Position numbers and translations under genes: made by a program. DNA of 64,000 bases from the NCBI GenBank assembly GCA_002633005.1, contig NMRA01000170.1:196707-260706 (forward strand). Reading direction: 5' to 3'. The stretch's first letter is position 1. Every line of letters starts with the position of its first letter. The stretch comes from Phoronis australis. Taxonomy: Eukaryota; Animalia; Phoronida. Below the pieces are notes generated by a model. It saw only the letters and a list, made by a program, of their open reading frames with translations, searched no databases and was not told the DNA's origin. Positions 1 through 12,128 of this stretch are shown one piece after another.

Positions 1-396
1 GCTGCGTTCTTCACACGAACGAGCCAAGTACGGCGAAGTGTGTCATCCATCGGAAAGCGATGCAAAGGTACTCCCAAAGCACGCGTGAGCCGATAATTAC
101 TACATCCCGGTACGCAGCAACAGTGTGGCATGTTGACTGACTAGTAAATGAAAGCGAACGACGACGGAACTTAACACAAATGAGGTAGAACAATGACTGA
201 CTCGGCAGCTCTCACAGTCAGACTATGTGAAAAGAAATTGGCGGGAAGCGCTTTCCTCCTAAAACGTCACTTCCGGAAAAGCGGACGAATAATTAATAAA
301 ATTACGAAAAGCTGTAATTAAGTGAAAAATATGTCTAGGATAACCAACCAACCTTATTTTAGCTCAAAATGACATGGAAAAAGGTTGCCTTCGCCT
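1..396 (-). mobile_element. One end of a Kolobok-like THAP-encoding DNA transposon (copy 1, truncated by the window edge)
   Basis: Ends ...ggttgccttcgcct followed by ttaa (397-400), and closely resembles 17212-17613. The minus-strand ORF from ATG 131 reads MPHCCCVPGCSNYRLTRALGVPLHRFPMDDTLRRTWLVRVKNA, a THAP zinc-finger N-terminus (CxVPGC, HRFP, W), and runs off the window. Confidence 0.8.
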
Positions 397-2266
397 TTAA
401 ACACTCGTGTAGATTGGACAGACCCTGATATTACCGTGTTTGCGATTTTAGGCCCGTGTATTCTTTGAAATAAAACATTTTTTCATTTTCTAACATAGCA
501 ATTTGTAAAGGTTATGTAAGCGTAATACCTTTTGGTCATTTTAATACTATTGCAAATAAAAGTAAAACGACATGATGGTCAAATGATAAGATTTATCGAA
601 ATCTATTTTGCCCGGGGTACGCCATGAGCTATGTTGCAGAGTAAAACAAGAGAAGGATTGAGAATAATGTCATTTATTATGACGTAATTAGATGAAATTA
701 AATATGAATCTGCAAGATGGGCATGGACAAAACGTTCACCGACGTGTACAATAAATAGCTCTGAAAGAGGGAACCAAAACAAAAAAACTGCCTGAAGGGC
801 CTAAAGGAAAAGTACAGAACAAGAACACAAAACTTGAAAACACCTAACAGGAAGTGCATATGAGAAAAGAAAAAAGTGGAAGCGACACCCGGGATGGGGG
901 GAGGGGGGGGGTGCAGAAAACGAACGTAGGTCTTGTAGACGACGAGGTAGGTGGCTGAATGAGAGAGACCACATTGAATTGAACAAAGGAAATATGGGCG
1001 ACCAATATCAGATGTCGCATAGAGAAAAAGTAGGCCCTTGAGGCTATTAATAGAGATGAGTAATGAAAAATAAACCCTAAGTGTTGATATCAAAATAATA
1101 ACGATAAATGCATTTAACAAGTTAAATTTAATTTATTTTCCACGAGTTGGTCTTTGTCCAAGTAGGCTGCAATATGCCCGGCTTCATTTAACACTGAAGA
1201 TACTACAATGAAAATCTACGACATTTAATAAGAACTTGATTGAATGCGGTTTGCCTAGTTAAGGTTGTGTGGGAACCTAGAAAAAATTCCAAATTTGGCT
1301 AACATCGGGAAATCCACATCTCAGAAATGGTTGATTGGATGCATGAAACTTCAACATACTACGATTTATGCCCTGTTCTCTCACTTTGGGATTGTTTTTA
1401 AGATGTTCTACTACTGCATTAAGGGCCTACAAAAATAGGATGCTTATGTTTTCATGAAATAACCACAAGTTTCATTTGCGCAAACCAAAAGTTATTTTAG
1501 AAGTGTAACTTGCTTGTGTTTTTTTAAATTTTGGTGTAGTTTTTAAGGTGTCAGATATCTTACCAAATGCAAACACAACTCTGTCTACTTTATATATTTT
1601 GGTTTCTTGTTTATATGAACTCCGCCTATTCCACTACATCATAAACGATACTAAAACGTATCGACAAGCACAGAAAAATCATAACCATGACAACGAACAA
1701 AACGTTTTAAACATTTTATAGCAATCGGTGTAAGGATGTAGCCAACTATTAACTGCTACGTGGACACGGGCAGAGAATATATGATTAGCCCATTATTGAT
1801 ATTAATAAGTGCAAGCTTCAATTATACCTGGATATGTACAGACAATTAAACAAAGTAATATGGAAAATCTTAATGCAGTCTGAAAGTTGTTGGAGGATGC
1901 GCAGCCTTCCAATCTCCAAATCAACACAGGTCCCAACAGAGTTCTGTAATTCTCCCACTGCAAGACCATCCGATGAATAACCCAGTATTTAGCCACGACT
2001 GGGTCACACTTTCCACATTCAGGTGTAGCAACATGAGCACGACCACCAGTGAATACCATCTTACTGAGTTCATTATTCAGAAACATCGTTTTGTTCAATA
2101 AAAGCCCATTCTTGCTTACAGTCAGAGTATGGAACAAGCTGGTTCTAGGGGGGTAAGTTGTCTGATTCAAAAGCTGGTGTTTTTAGTTTAACAGTTGAAG
2201 TTTTAGACACCGGGAGTCATCGGATGTTTAAGCCTCTTTTAGGGGGCTTTTCGTTGAGTCAAAATG

Positions 2267-3268
2267 CTATACCGAGGGTGTTTCGGCGCGAAATGAACAA
2301 AAAAACTTGCTAATTGCCTCTTTGTACCCTGGTATAGAAAAGGCGTAAAACAACGGATTAATCATTGAATTTGATAAAAGAGCTTGTGAAGACACCACGT
2401 GGAGAAACTGGATTTCCCAGGGCTGATTTATTCCTTCGGAAAACACGTTCTTCATGATTGCAATCGGCAAGAAACAAAGACCATAAAGTCCCGCAAACTT
2501 CAGCATCGTCTGCGTAATTTTCCATTGCGAACTTCTCCTCGCCCCGTTTGGGTCGCTGCTGCTGTACGTCTGGTTTCGTCGTGTGTATGCTACACATCCA
2601 ATATAAACTTGCGAGGACACACTTACAAGGCATGGCAAGTAAAGTGTGAGCGCCCAGTACAAGTGGGAAGCGAAATTACTTTTAAACACAGTTTTGGCAA
2701 TGCACGTGTTGTAAGCAAGTTCGAAAGTGCCATCAATGGCAAAGCACAAAATGACATCTGCGATAGGTACGTATACCAAATATACACCAATGATCATTCG
2801 TCTGTATACTTTACGCGTCATCCATACGGTGTGACGTAAAGGAAACCGAATGGAGATGAACCGGTCTATTGACAGTATTCCCACAATTAAGTTGGACACA
2901 GCCAAGGGGTATATACAGAGATATAAGGAGATCCAGCACATATATTGAGTGTTGAATAGTTCCATAGGCAAGTATTTCCAAAATAAAGGAATAGAGAATT
3001 TTCTCACAGTACTAAAGGGGATGGTGAGTCCAGTCAACAAATCTGAGATTGACAACCCGAGAATAATAAAACTGATGTCTTCCTTCCTAACACTATATGA
3101 CTTGACAGACACGAAGCATACCATTGCATTCCCAATACACGTCACCAAGGAAATTGTTAAATGCGTCGTCATGTGGAAATACAACATGCTTTGCGGAATG
3201 ACACTGTTCACGTACCAGAACTCCGAATGGTTTTCAACCGAAACTTGAGTGTCGTTACGTGGGGACAT
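2267..3268 (-). CDS. Intronless rhodopsin-like (class A) orphan GPCR, 333 aa
   Basis: Seven hydrophobic segments with class A motifs: GN in TM1 (IGNAMV), LSISD in TM2, DRF at the end of TM3 (SIDRFISIRFPLRH), CFLP in TM6 and NSMINPLFY (NPxxY) in TM7. N-terminal glycosylation sequons NDT and NHS. Confidence 0.93.
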   Translation of the reverse strand: MSPRNDTQVSVENHSEFWYVNSVIPQSMLYFHMTTHLTISLVTCIGNAMVCFVSVKSYSVRKEDISFIILGLSISDLLTGLTIPFSTVRKFSIPLFWKYLPMELFNTQYMCWISLYLCIYPLAVSNLIVGILSIDRFISIRFPLRHTVWMTRKVYRRMIIGVYLVYVPIADVILCFAIDGTFELAYNTCIAKTVFKSNFASHLYWALTLYLPCLVSVSSQVYIGCVAYTRRNQTYSSSDPNGARRSSQWKITQTMLKFAGLYGLCFLPIAIMKNVFSEGINQPWEIQFLHVVSSQALLSNSMINPLFYAFSIPGYKEAISKFFCSFRAETPSV

Positions 3269-4042
3269 GTTAAAGATTGTCCACTGAAGCTTGCGTTGAG
3301 ATTTGTTTCCTATTTGTTGTGCTCGAGAGGCGTCTAATGCGCGCTATCCTTTATGGTCAAGTTAGAAATAGGCTTACATGTTAATGGATCAAAAGTAATA
3401 TCCTAATGAGTGAAAACTGACGGAACTTATTGACATTAAGCCAGCAGCAGTTCACAGAACCAATGATACATATACCGTCCGTTGTCAGTATTAACACCCT
3501 CCTTCCGTCTCACATACTAATTATTGACTTAAGAGAACTTACCGTTATGAAATTATGTTTCAAATGCTTCCTTAGACAAAATTGAGCTCTCCTAAAATAA
3601 ATTTTAATACTCTCATTTATTGACTTCAATATTGTTCGATTTTGAAATTATTAAACCCCTTATTTCAGACAATACTGTTTCGTAAACATCTAGTAACGCA
3701 ACTTCCAAAAAGTTCACTAGGATGCTGGGAACAGGTTATTCTTGTTTATATAGTTGTGACCGCCATAAGAAATCATTTGTCATATTTCACAAGAATCTTA
3801 CAATTTGTATAGGAGACACTGCGGTTGCAAACGAATATCAAAATTGCCGTTAGGTGGCAACTCAGTAGTCGGAAAATCAAGGCCAGTGGTCTGCAATATT
3901 CTTAAAGATAGTCTCCAGCGACCAAAACACCCCTTCGACATATGACAGCATCGTGTCAACAAAATTTTCCCGAAGCCTCGTAGCATAACAGCTGAGTGTC
4001 ATTTCTTGGACATTGGCTACATATCGGTGTCGGGGTTGAAGG

Positions 4043-4152
4043 CCGCGTTGCGCCGTGTCAGGTGTAGCAGTGTACATGTACAGTGTAAGCGGCAATGACA
4101 TACATTTCTACAAATTCCCCTTCGATCCGGACATCACGTGCCGTGAGAAATG
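4043..4152 (+). pseudogene. Frameshifted THAP-domain remnant (transposon-derived)
   Basis: Reads PRCAVSG/CSS...GNDIHFYKFPFDPDITCREK across frameshifts, matching the THAP CxxxGC...F.FP pattern. Confidence 0.45.
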
Positions 4153-4165
4153 TTGTAAAAATTTA

Positions 4166-4765
4166 GAAAATGGCGCGTGTGCGTGTCACGAGCGTACTGT
4201 TTTCAAAACTACGAAAGACTTCTCTTTGTTACAAAACTTGGAGAATTATGAAAGAAAATGACGTTTATTAGATTGTTTTTCACTTAAACGGCTGTAACAG
4301 CCAAGGTGAGTGTCGGTTGACTCCCAGATTTTGCATCCACTTCCGTCGCCGGTCGTTAGCTCCGGATGTCTAGATGTTGATATAGGTTTCACGACGAGGT
4401 GACGAGCAAAACTTCCCGGGCTGTGTGAAATTTCGGGGTCTAACGTAGCCACCCAGCTAGCTGTATGACTATCGTCAAAATACAGCTAGGTACCACTGTG
4501 TGTTAATCTTCCATAGACCCCGAAATTGCGCACAGCCAGAGTAGTTCTGCTCGTCACCTCGCCGTGAAACTTGTATCAAGTTGGGGTGCATGCAAAATCT
4601 GGGAATCAACCGACACTCACCTTGTCCGTTACAGCCGTTTAAGTGAAAAACAATCCAATAAACGTCATTTTCTTGCGTAATCCTCCGCCTTTTCTAACAA
4701 AAAAAGTTATGTCGTCGTTTCGAAAACAATATGCTCGTGACACGCGCACGGCATGCGCCATTTCC
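4166..4765. mobile_element. Foldback-like long palindrome (arms about 250-280 bp)
   Basis: 4166-4442 (aaatggcgcgtgtgcgtgtcacgagc...cacttaaacggctgtaacagccaaggtgagtgtcggttga...aatttcggggtcta) is the imperfect reverse complement of 4514-4765 (tagaccccgaaattg...tcaaccgacactcaccttgtccgttacagccgtttaagtg...gctcgtgacacgcgcacggcatgcgccattt). Confidence 0.8.
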
Positions 4766-5218
4766 TTACTTTTTTCGATATCTCTCTGGAGATGATAATA
4801 GCTTGGCAGCAGTAAAATTTCTTCTGAAATTCGGTTTGCTGGTATCAAAATTTTAAAAACTTATAATGAAATGAAACCAGTTCCGATAATTTGATGTGGC
4901 ATGTGAGCAACCTCGTGAAAGAACAACAGTTGATTGAAGAATCGGCGAAAAAAGAAACTGGCCAATAGGTGACGTAAGATTTTATGGCGCCGAAAGCCGA
5001 CGCAGAAGATCGCTCCACATCTTTAGCAGCAGAATAACTATAGAACGCCAATTTTTCCAAAACCAGAAAATAATTTTATTTACTCAAATAAGTGTGTAGT
5101 TTTTAATGACACTAATTTTGTGTCGTATTTTGTCTGGTCAGTTTTTTCCCACATCGGCGCAAAGCTGTATATTCAGTATACAGCTTTGTACCAAGGCTAG
5201 GTCTAACGAAGCTGAACA

Positions 5219-5450
5219 CACAGTGGTCAGAGGTGCTTGAGGTTCTTCGGTCATCAGGACGTCACTCATTACAAATTATAAAACAAAGGTTTGACACTAA
5301 AAATCGGTTTGCTCAGAATTTTCTACTAAAATGTGCATAGAACCCACGAAATCAGCATCGAACAAATCGTTAAATACCTTCTTTCACTTGATCACTTCAA
5401 ATAGTCGTCGAGTGGTGACAACAAAAAATATCAAAAAACGCCAAAACCAC
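5219..5450 (+). repeat. Dispersed repeat related to the left part of the element at 35725-36872
   Basis: gacgtcactc...aaaggtttgacact...tttgctcagaattttctactaaaatgtgcat...tcgagtggtga matches about 35763-35930. This copy starts at cacagtgg. Confidence 0.65.
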
Positions 5451-5822
5451 AGACCACCAGACTAGGCTCGAGGTAGACATTTAAACTCGCAAAACGTGTT
5501 CTTTGTTACTTTAGCGTAGTCGACGTGCTCTCAATAGACGCACGTAAATAAATTAAAAAAGCATATCTGACGAAGAACGACATTGATCACTTTTATAAGC
5601 ACTTGTGAATGGCAGGAGAACAATTTCCGGCTAGCCTCGAAGCCAATACTCAATATTCGTTTGAGAGTACGTATGAACTGTGTCGTCTGGTGCATTCTTA
5701 ATGTGGCTGTCTAGTCGGAAAGGTAAGCGAAATTCCAGCGAAGCTTCGGTAAACCGAAGTTCTCTAATGGGAAAGCGCCTTCAGAAAACAGTTCGCCGTT
5801 TGCAGTCTTGTTTCCATTTCAT

Positions 5823-5997
5823 GGGTATTTCATTGATGTTGATCTAAAATGGGCAGGTGTTCTCCCTATCCCCTGGTTACTACAGGGGTGCGCCGACCAT
5901 ATGGACATTTCATTGATGTTGACCTAAAAAAACATGGGCGGTGGTTTCGCCTTATCCCCGGGTTACGGCGGGGGTGCGTCGGTCTAGTGGGTATTTT
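5823..5997. repeat. Tandem duplication, about 85-bp unit x2
   Basis: The pattern atttcattgatgttga.ctaaaa...tgggc.gtg...tatcccc.ggttac...ggggtgcg.cg occurs twice in succession. Confidence 0.7.
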
Positions 5998-6129
5998 GTA
6001 AGCAAGACATTTAGGTTCAAAACCTTCAAAACCATTAAGTAACATATTGACATTTATATTAACCTACTTTGTTTCGGCCGACACCGAAATGCAAGCGCTC
6101 CCAGTTTCTCAATAACTTTTTATACTTGC

Positions 6130-6532
6130 NNNNNNNNNNNNNNNNNNNNNNNNNNNNNNNNNNNNNNNNNNNNNNNNNNNNNNNNNNNNNNNNNNNNNNN
6201 NNNNNNNNNNNNNNNNNNNNNNNNNNNNNNNNNNNNNNNNNNNNNNNNNNNNNNNNNNNNNNNNNNNNNNNNNNNNNNNNNNNNNNNNNNNNNNNNNNNN
6301 NNNNNNNNNNNNNNNNNNNNNNNNNNNNNNNNNNNNNNNNNNNNNNNNNNNNNNNNNNNNNNNNNNNNNNNNNNNNNNNNNNNNNNNNNNNNNNNNNNNN
6401 NNNNNNNNNNNNNNNNNNNNNNNNNNNNNNNNNNNNNNNNNNNNNNNNNNNNNNNNNNNNNNNNNNNNNNNNNNNNNNNNNNNNNNNNNNNNNNNNNNNN
6501 NNNNNNNNNNNNNNNNNNNNNNNNNNNNNNNN
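6130..6532. other. Assembly gap (N run)
   Basis: Continuous Ns. ORFs spanning it are artefacts. Confidence 1.
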
Positions 6533-9500
6533 ATAACAAGGTCACATTTTCTTCGTCTATTCACAGTTATTCCACGACCCATCTACCATATCTTAAGTTG
6601 TTTTAACGTTTTAAGCGTAAAATTCACCATAAGAACTCCAGTAAGTTTTAGTGTGTGTAGCAAAGACTCGGGGCAAAACAAGAGCAATATGGCGGGTTTT
6701 GCCCCCTTTCCGGTGACGTCCCAGTGACTAGCGAGAAACTCGCAAGTGAGCTATTGGACTACTCGGGGGAAAACTGGACAGAGGTGAGCTGCCTCAAACA
6801 TGCACTCAAGGTTTAAATTTATTATTTTCATGTTGCACGAATCTCTTCGTCTTCATTAATAAAATAATTTTAGCAATTTTTCAGCGCATCATTTGTCAAT
6901 TAGCATGTGAGTTGTTTGAGACTTGACACCGACAGGTTTTCCTTTCACGGAGTAAAAGCCGCGGGCGACTCCGCGAAGACCGAGTTTGTGATCTGCTTTT
7001 AAATCAAAATGCGTCACATGTCATACCTCGTCAGCTCTCTAAATGTCGCGGGTGGCGTTTGCGCCGAAGTAGTCTTCTGTTCGTCGTTTTGACATTGTCA
7101 CTTGCTGACGACAAGCGGCAGCACATACATGTGATCTCGCTATGAAGCGAGAAATCGCCACTATCAAGAGCGATGGTTTCCCGAAGTTAATTTTTATTGC
7201 AAAGTTGCAAAACATTCACCAAGTTGGCGAATGGACTTAGCTCTAAGATCGCCAGTGCCGCTCAGAATTCGCCAATGACCGCGGCTAGCGAGAGCCTAGC
7301 CAGAAGTTGTAGCGTTAAATAAATGCCCACCAGTTTAGCTTCATTCAAACAGTTGGCAATAACGTCAAATTACATGTTTATTAATGACAGGTATATTCAC
7401 ACCTGTTAGATGACTGACGAAATGTGGCGATCGCTAACATCCCATATCGGGATGTTTTGTTCTCGAAGTTCACACTATCGCCAATAATATGTCAATCATT
7501 GCAGGTAATTCGTTCTTTGTTAGACAGATGATGAAGGGAGTGGTGATTTCTGCTGCGAAATTTTGGAGCAGCATTAGCTTTCAAAAAACATAAATGAGAC
7601 AATGCCGAGAAACAAGCTACAAGAAAATTTAGTTAACGTTGTTGTGACCCACAGGGACTATTATTCAAAAGGACGCAATCGATTTTCTGATCGAAAAACG
7701 CTTTCTTATGATTATCGTTAGGTACGATAGATGTTTCGATGTTATTAGCTTTGACCAGAGCTATAAAACAATAAAATTGAGATTTTATTAGACGTTGCCT
7801 ATTCCTGACGCAAAATGTCTGGTATCTGCGGTAGAACTAATTGAAATCGTTGTTAGCTGTTAGCATGCAGTGCAAAATGGCCGAGGACGCAGAAAGGTGT
7901 TGCGAATCAAAGTCCGTGTAAAAAGCTAAGGGACGTGGGTTTCCGACCGTGGGGCCCAAAAATTGAGGTTTTCTAGGTATACTAGGTATACGGCCAAAAC
8001 TGATTTAAAATGAACAATCGTGCCACATAGAGTACCGAACGACCCATGGTAATTATAAACTGGAAAGGTTCCGCCAGAAACTCAAACAACATTCCCAAAA
8101 TTGAGCTAGGCAAAACATCCGAGATACCACGAAAATCAAGCAACATTTTGTCGTTTGGAAACTTACACGAAATGAGCAACTTAAAGTTTGAAACTTTTTG
8201 CATTTGAAAAGTACAGCTATTAATGATGTAGAAACGTCTAAGTAAAATTTCCAAGTGGAAGTACTCACGAAATTTTGGAAGGCTCCTACAACTCAAGGCC
8301 CACTGACAATTAGTACATGAGGAAAACGAAACTAAATTTTTAACGGAAAATATAGTTGGAAATTCAAGATATCCACTCAATTAGCGAGCAGAGTCTAGAA
8401 AAAAGGAGCCATCTGTAGGGAGCTTCCATGAAAAAATCTTCCGTTTGTAGAGTTTGTTCCAAAAGACCATCTTTAGTAGGGTTTTAATTCCATATTCCTA
8501 ACCTTCCGAAAGGATTCTTGGACATGAGATGAGCTGAATTTCAACCCATTAAATCTGAAATAAAAGTAAAAAGAGACGCCATGATCTCAAAGTGAAGACA
8601 TTCTTTCCAACCAAACCTGTAGAAATATAGATAAGATTTTGATCTTATCTATATTTCTAAACAACTCGAAAAAAGAGGATTTTAAGAAACCGTTTGTCGA
8701 ACGTGTTACAAGAAACAGACCCCAGGTGATACGATCATGCAACTACCGTTGCGAAAAAGAGGGGAAAGTGTCATATCCAACAGTTTGCAATTACGTCAAC
8801 TTTCACTTTAACAACAGGTGTGTTCACGCCTAAAAGATGAATAACAAAATGTGATTGTTATTATCTCGTATCGTGACATTTTGTTTACGAATTCATAAAA
8901 CTAATGCCACGGTTACAAAAAGCTTCCAACGACGACCAGCTGAGTTCCGGGCAGAATAATGGTCTTACCGGTCGAGCGTCGAGAGATTATCTAAAGATAT
9001 TCAGTAGCGCTGGCCACGCGCGGCGTCAAAAATCATCATTGGTCACCTAGCCAATTCTCTCGCTTGTCCCAGTTTGTATTGACGATGGTCATGGTGATAT
9101 GTCTTTGATCGTCACCCGACTGTGGGCCGATACTCTGCCGATGTGCTCGCGATTGTCTGCGGGCACGTCGGATTAGCAGTGGCTTCACATGATGTCTTGA
9201 GCACCGTTTATAGGATATTGTTTACATGTTAGTGTATATTTACGTAAGGCACTGCATGTTTTTGGTCATGTAAACGCAATGTATCCTAAATTTACATTTG
9301 CAAATATCAAGGATTATTTTACGTGGCAATTGACTTGCAAGGCCTCAAGTCTATATGCCAATTTGGAGGACCTACGGTCGCGTTGGCACTTTCTGTCCTT
9401 TCTCGACTCGATTTTTGAGGGAGGGTGCTTCATCTGCTGCCTCAGAGCGTCTTGCGGCGATTGATGATTGGCCTAAAAGGCTACATGGGAACCAAAAACA

Positions 9501-10389
9501 GAAATCCACAAAAAGAATATATATGGTTTCGTACACAATATGCTCAACATTGTTGTTTTGGTCACTAAAATTGGTTTCGACCGGCTGCTATGCATTAGCA
9601 ATAGTTACTTTTTAGGGCAAAATAAAGCGTATTACTAATTAAAACTCGGTTCCTATGCGGCGTTTGGCCCGAGTTAGGCAATCAGAGTAGAAGATTCTTT
9701 AATTCCAATTATGAGACTCTACATTGTTTGGAACCCAGTGATGTTCAGGTCAGCTCTAAAAATGGTTTCGATGGTAACTCAATATCCACACACCCTTATA
9801 ATAGTCGTTTTCGTGTATTTATAGTTTTTTTACTAAAATGAACATCGGCATTTCAGACCTCAGCAGTGCCAGAGGTGGAATTTCCTTTGTATTTCTTTAT
9901 TACTCTCAAGTTCAGTGAGCTTAAAGCCACCTTTCATGAAACATAATCCAAGCCTTTGAGAACTTAAGGGATCTGTCAAAATTCGGAAGGCGCAAAGAAA
10001 TGATACTGTGGACGCGAGACTAGTAAATTAACTGACAAACAATCAAAGATTATGGAACGCGTAAACTTTGTCACGGAGTGCAAAAACATGGAAATGCCCA
10101 CAACTCTACACTTGTCTCTTAGTTAAGCACTATGCTCAACTGTCGAGTAAACTGTTTCGGCAAAGCATACTTAGCCGGACCCATGAACAGGCTGGCTGAC
10201 TACTTTCCTTTACTAGAATGGCGTGAACCGTAGAACCAAATTTTTATTATTTATATGACGGTATTCTTGCGTTCAAAACGGAAACTGTTTTTCTACGTTA
10301 AATGCGTACGCCCGACCCTTGTGCGAGCAGTTTTGCGCACGTTCACGTTTGCAACGATAAACCACAGAAAACATATGTTGTAGGAGCGG

Positions 10390-10431
10390 GTGTATGTGTG
10401 CGTGCGTTGCGTGCGTGTGTGCGTGTGTGTG
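10390..10431. repeat. (TG)n/(TGCG)n microsatellite
   Basis: gtgtatgtgtgcgtgcgttgcgtgcgtgtgtgcgtgtgtgtg. Confidence 0.8.
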
Positions 10432-11120
10432 GTAAGAGTGAGAATGGCTTGTATTTTTGTCTTTCATGTCTTTGTATTTATGTTCTTTATACCAATAAAG
10501 AATAAAAAGGAAAACATATTATGTCGAAGCTTGCTTTTTTTCGTTCAAGCTTTGCATTTCAAGAGCTCTTACACATGCCCAAACAAACTTTCGAAATTCG
10601 CTGTAAAAATGATGTAAATACAATAATGATGGACATTTGCAAATTGATTCACAATAAAACTGCATTTCATCAAGGGAAATCTCAGCAATGAGTCCGGTTT
10701 CTGTTGGGACAAAAACAATACTGTATACTTCTAATTCTCAAGCGTCAATACTTCTCTGGGCTTGTTTAGTATGACGTCATTATGACGCGTTGGACTTAGT
10801 CAAGTAAGTTTTGCATGCTAGAATTATAAACAAGAATACTTGCGCCAGATTTTACAAAGCACTTTAAATTAGTAAGTACGTTGGGAAACCGTTGTCGGCC
10901 TAGGGATCCAGTCAATCTTAATACCCCTCAACTCTCCGGGGAGCACACGATGGGTGCAACCATTGTCGGCGTAACCCAATTCATCCAAGCACATTAAAAT
11001 GCCTCCTTGGTTACCTCCTTTTCCTGAATGGGAAAAATATCCATAAGCTACGAAAGGTTTGACAATGGGATGTGACTGTTCATTTTTATTCCTATTTGCA
11101 GGTCTAAATCGCGTCATTAG

Positions 11121-11728
11121 CAGTGACGGATTTAGGGGGGGGGGGGCAAGGAGGCCATGGTCCCCCCTAAAATTCTACCAGATACCATTTGGCACTTCGG
11201 GTGAGAATTGCTGACTAGCACATGCGTGCAACCAGGGGGGCTTGGGGGTTGAATAAACAATGCATAGGCTCTTAACAAAGCCTGTTTACCGTTTTTTTAG
11301 TCAAAAGGTGCGCAAACCCAAAAATTCGAAACCCTTGCATCCCTATGTAACAGAGCAAGTCTCCACTGAGCATCAAAAATGTGTATTTTTCCTTATCAGG
11401 CATACGTTCAGTTCAGTTACACATGATGACGATCAATTTCATGTAGGCAAAGGAAGGAAACACCCTTCTCCTAAGCCTGTCGCTAGCGAAGTCCCGACAC
11501 ATACAGTCGCGCCCGCATGCCCACGTAACAAAGGCGCACTGAGACGCAACAAAGACATTAGCGTAAGAATAACTGAACATTTGCAACTAAATAAGAATAT
11601 CAATAAGCGTAAAGTTACGAACGTCCCGTCACACCTAAATTTTAGGCTGGGCGCGCGCATCTACCGAAATTCCGGTTATTCCTGTGCCCTGCCACCCCCC
11701 TTAACTCAAAATCCTGGATCCGCCCCTG
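11121..11728. mobile_element. MITE with hAT-like ends and a 5-bp TSD (ATTAG), probably containing a nested CATGCG-ended MITE at about 11221-11661
   Basis: Termini cagtgacggatttagg...cctggatccgcccctg, flanked by attag on both sides. Internal catgcgtgcaaccag...ctgggcgcgcgcat resembles 12976-13227. Confidence 0.65.
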
Positions 11729-12128
11729 ATTAGTGCCAGATACGTCATCCGTGAACACGCACTATAAAATGAATCGTTATACAAACTGTCTCCATTATCC
11801 ATGACACACCTTACATTGCAATTAATGCCTGTGCAGCTGCATGAAGGATTTAGCAGTAATCAAATATATGTTTTCGTGAAGCAAATTGTTTTTGGTAACA
11901 TGCTATTAAAAATCTATCAAGTTATTTTACTTTTCAAATCTTTACTTCTTGCGGTAAATTTAAACCAATGACAAGAATTGTAACATGCAAGTTTATATCT
12001 ATAGCCATATAGAACACGTAAACTACTATTTTCATTGTCAATCTGCACAAGACAAGAGTATTTCCGCAGTACGTGTATACTAAGTGCACAAGAAAGGCAA
12101 CATGACGTCACTGTGTCTTTGAACAATG

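Noticed and set aside
1802-2170. 122-aa ORF downstream of the GPCR
   Set aside because: Non-ATG start, no recognisable domain and no supporting splice pattern.
5219-5260. V(D)J-type recombination signal (CACAGTG heptamer)
   Set aside because: No ACAAAAACC-like nonamer at 12 or 23 bp spacing and no RAG-like coding sequence in the window.
6069-6582. ORFs of 141-157 aa
   Set aside because: Artefacts of the N gap.
6533-9680. CpG-rich non-coding block that may be one large non-autonomous element
   Set aside because: Only a weak inverted match (actcggggcaaaac / gtttggccccgagt), no TSD and no coding remnant could be established.
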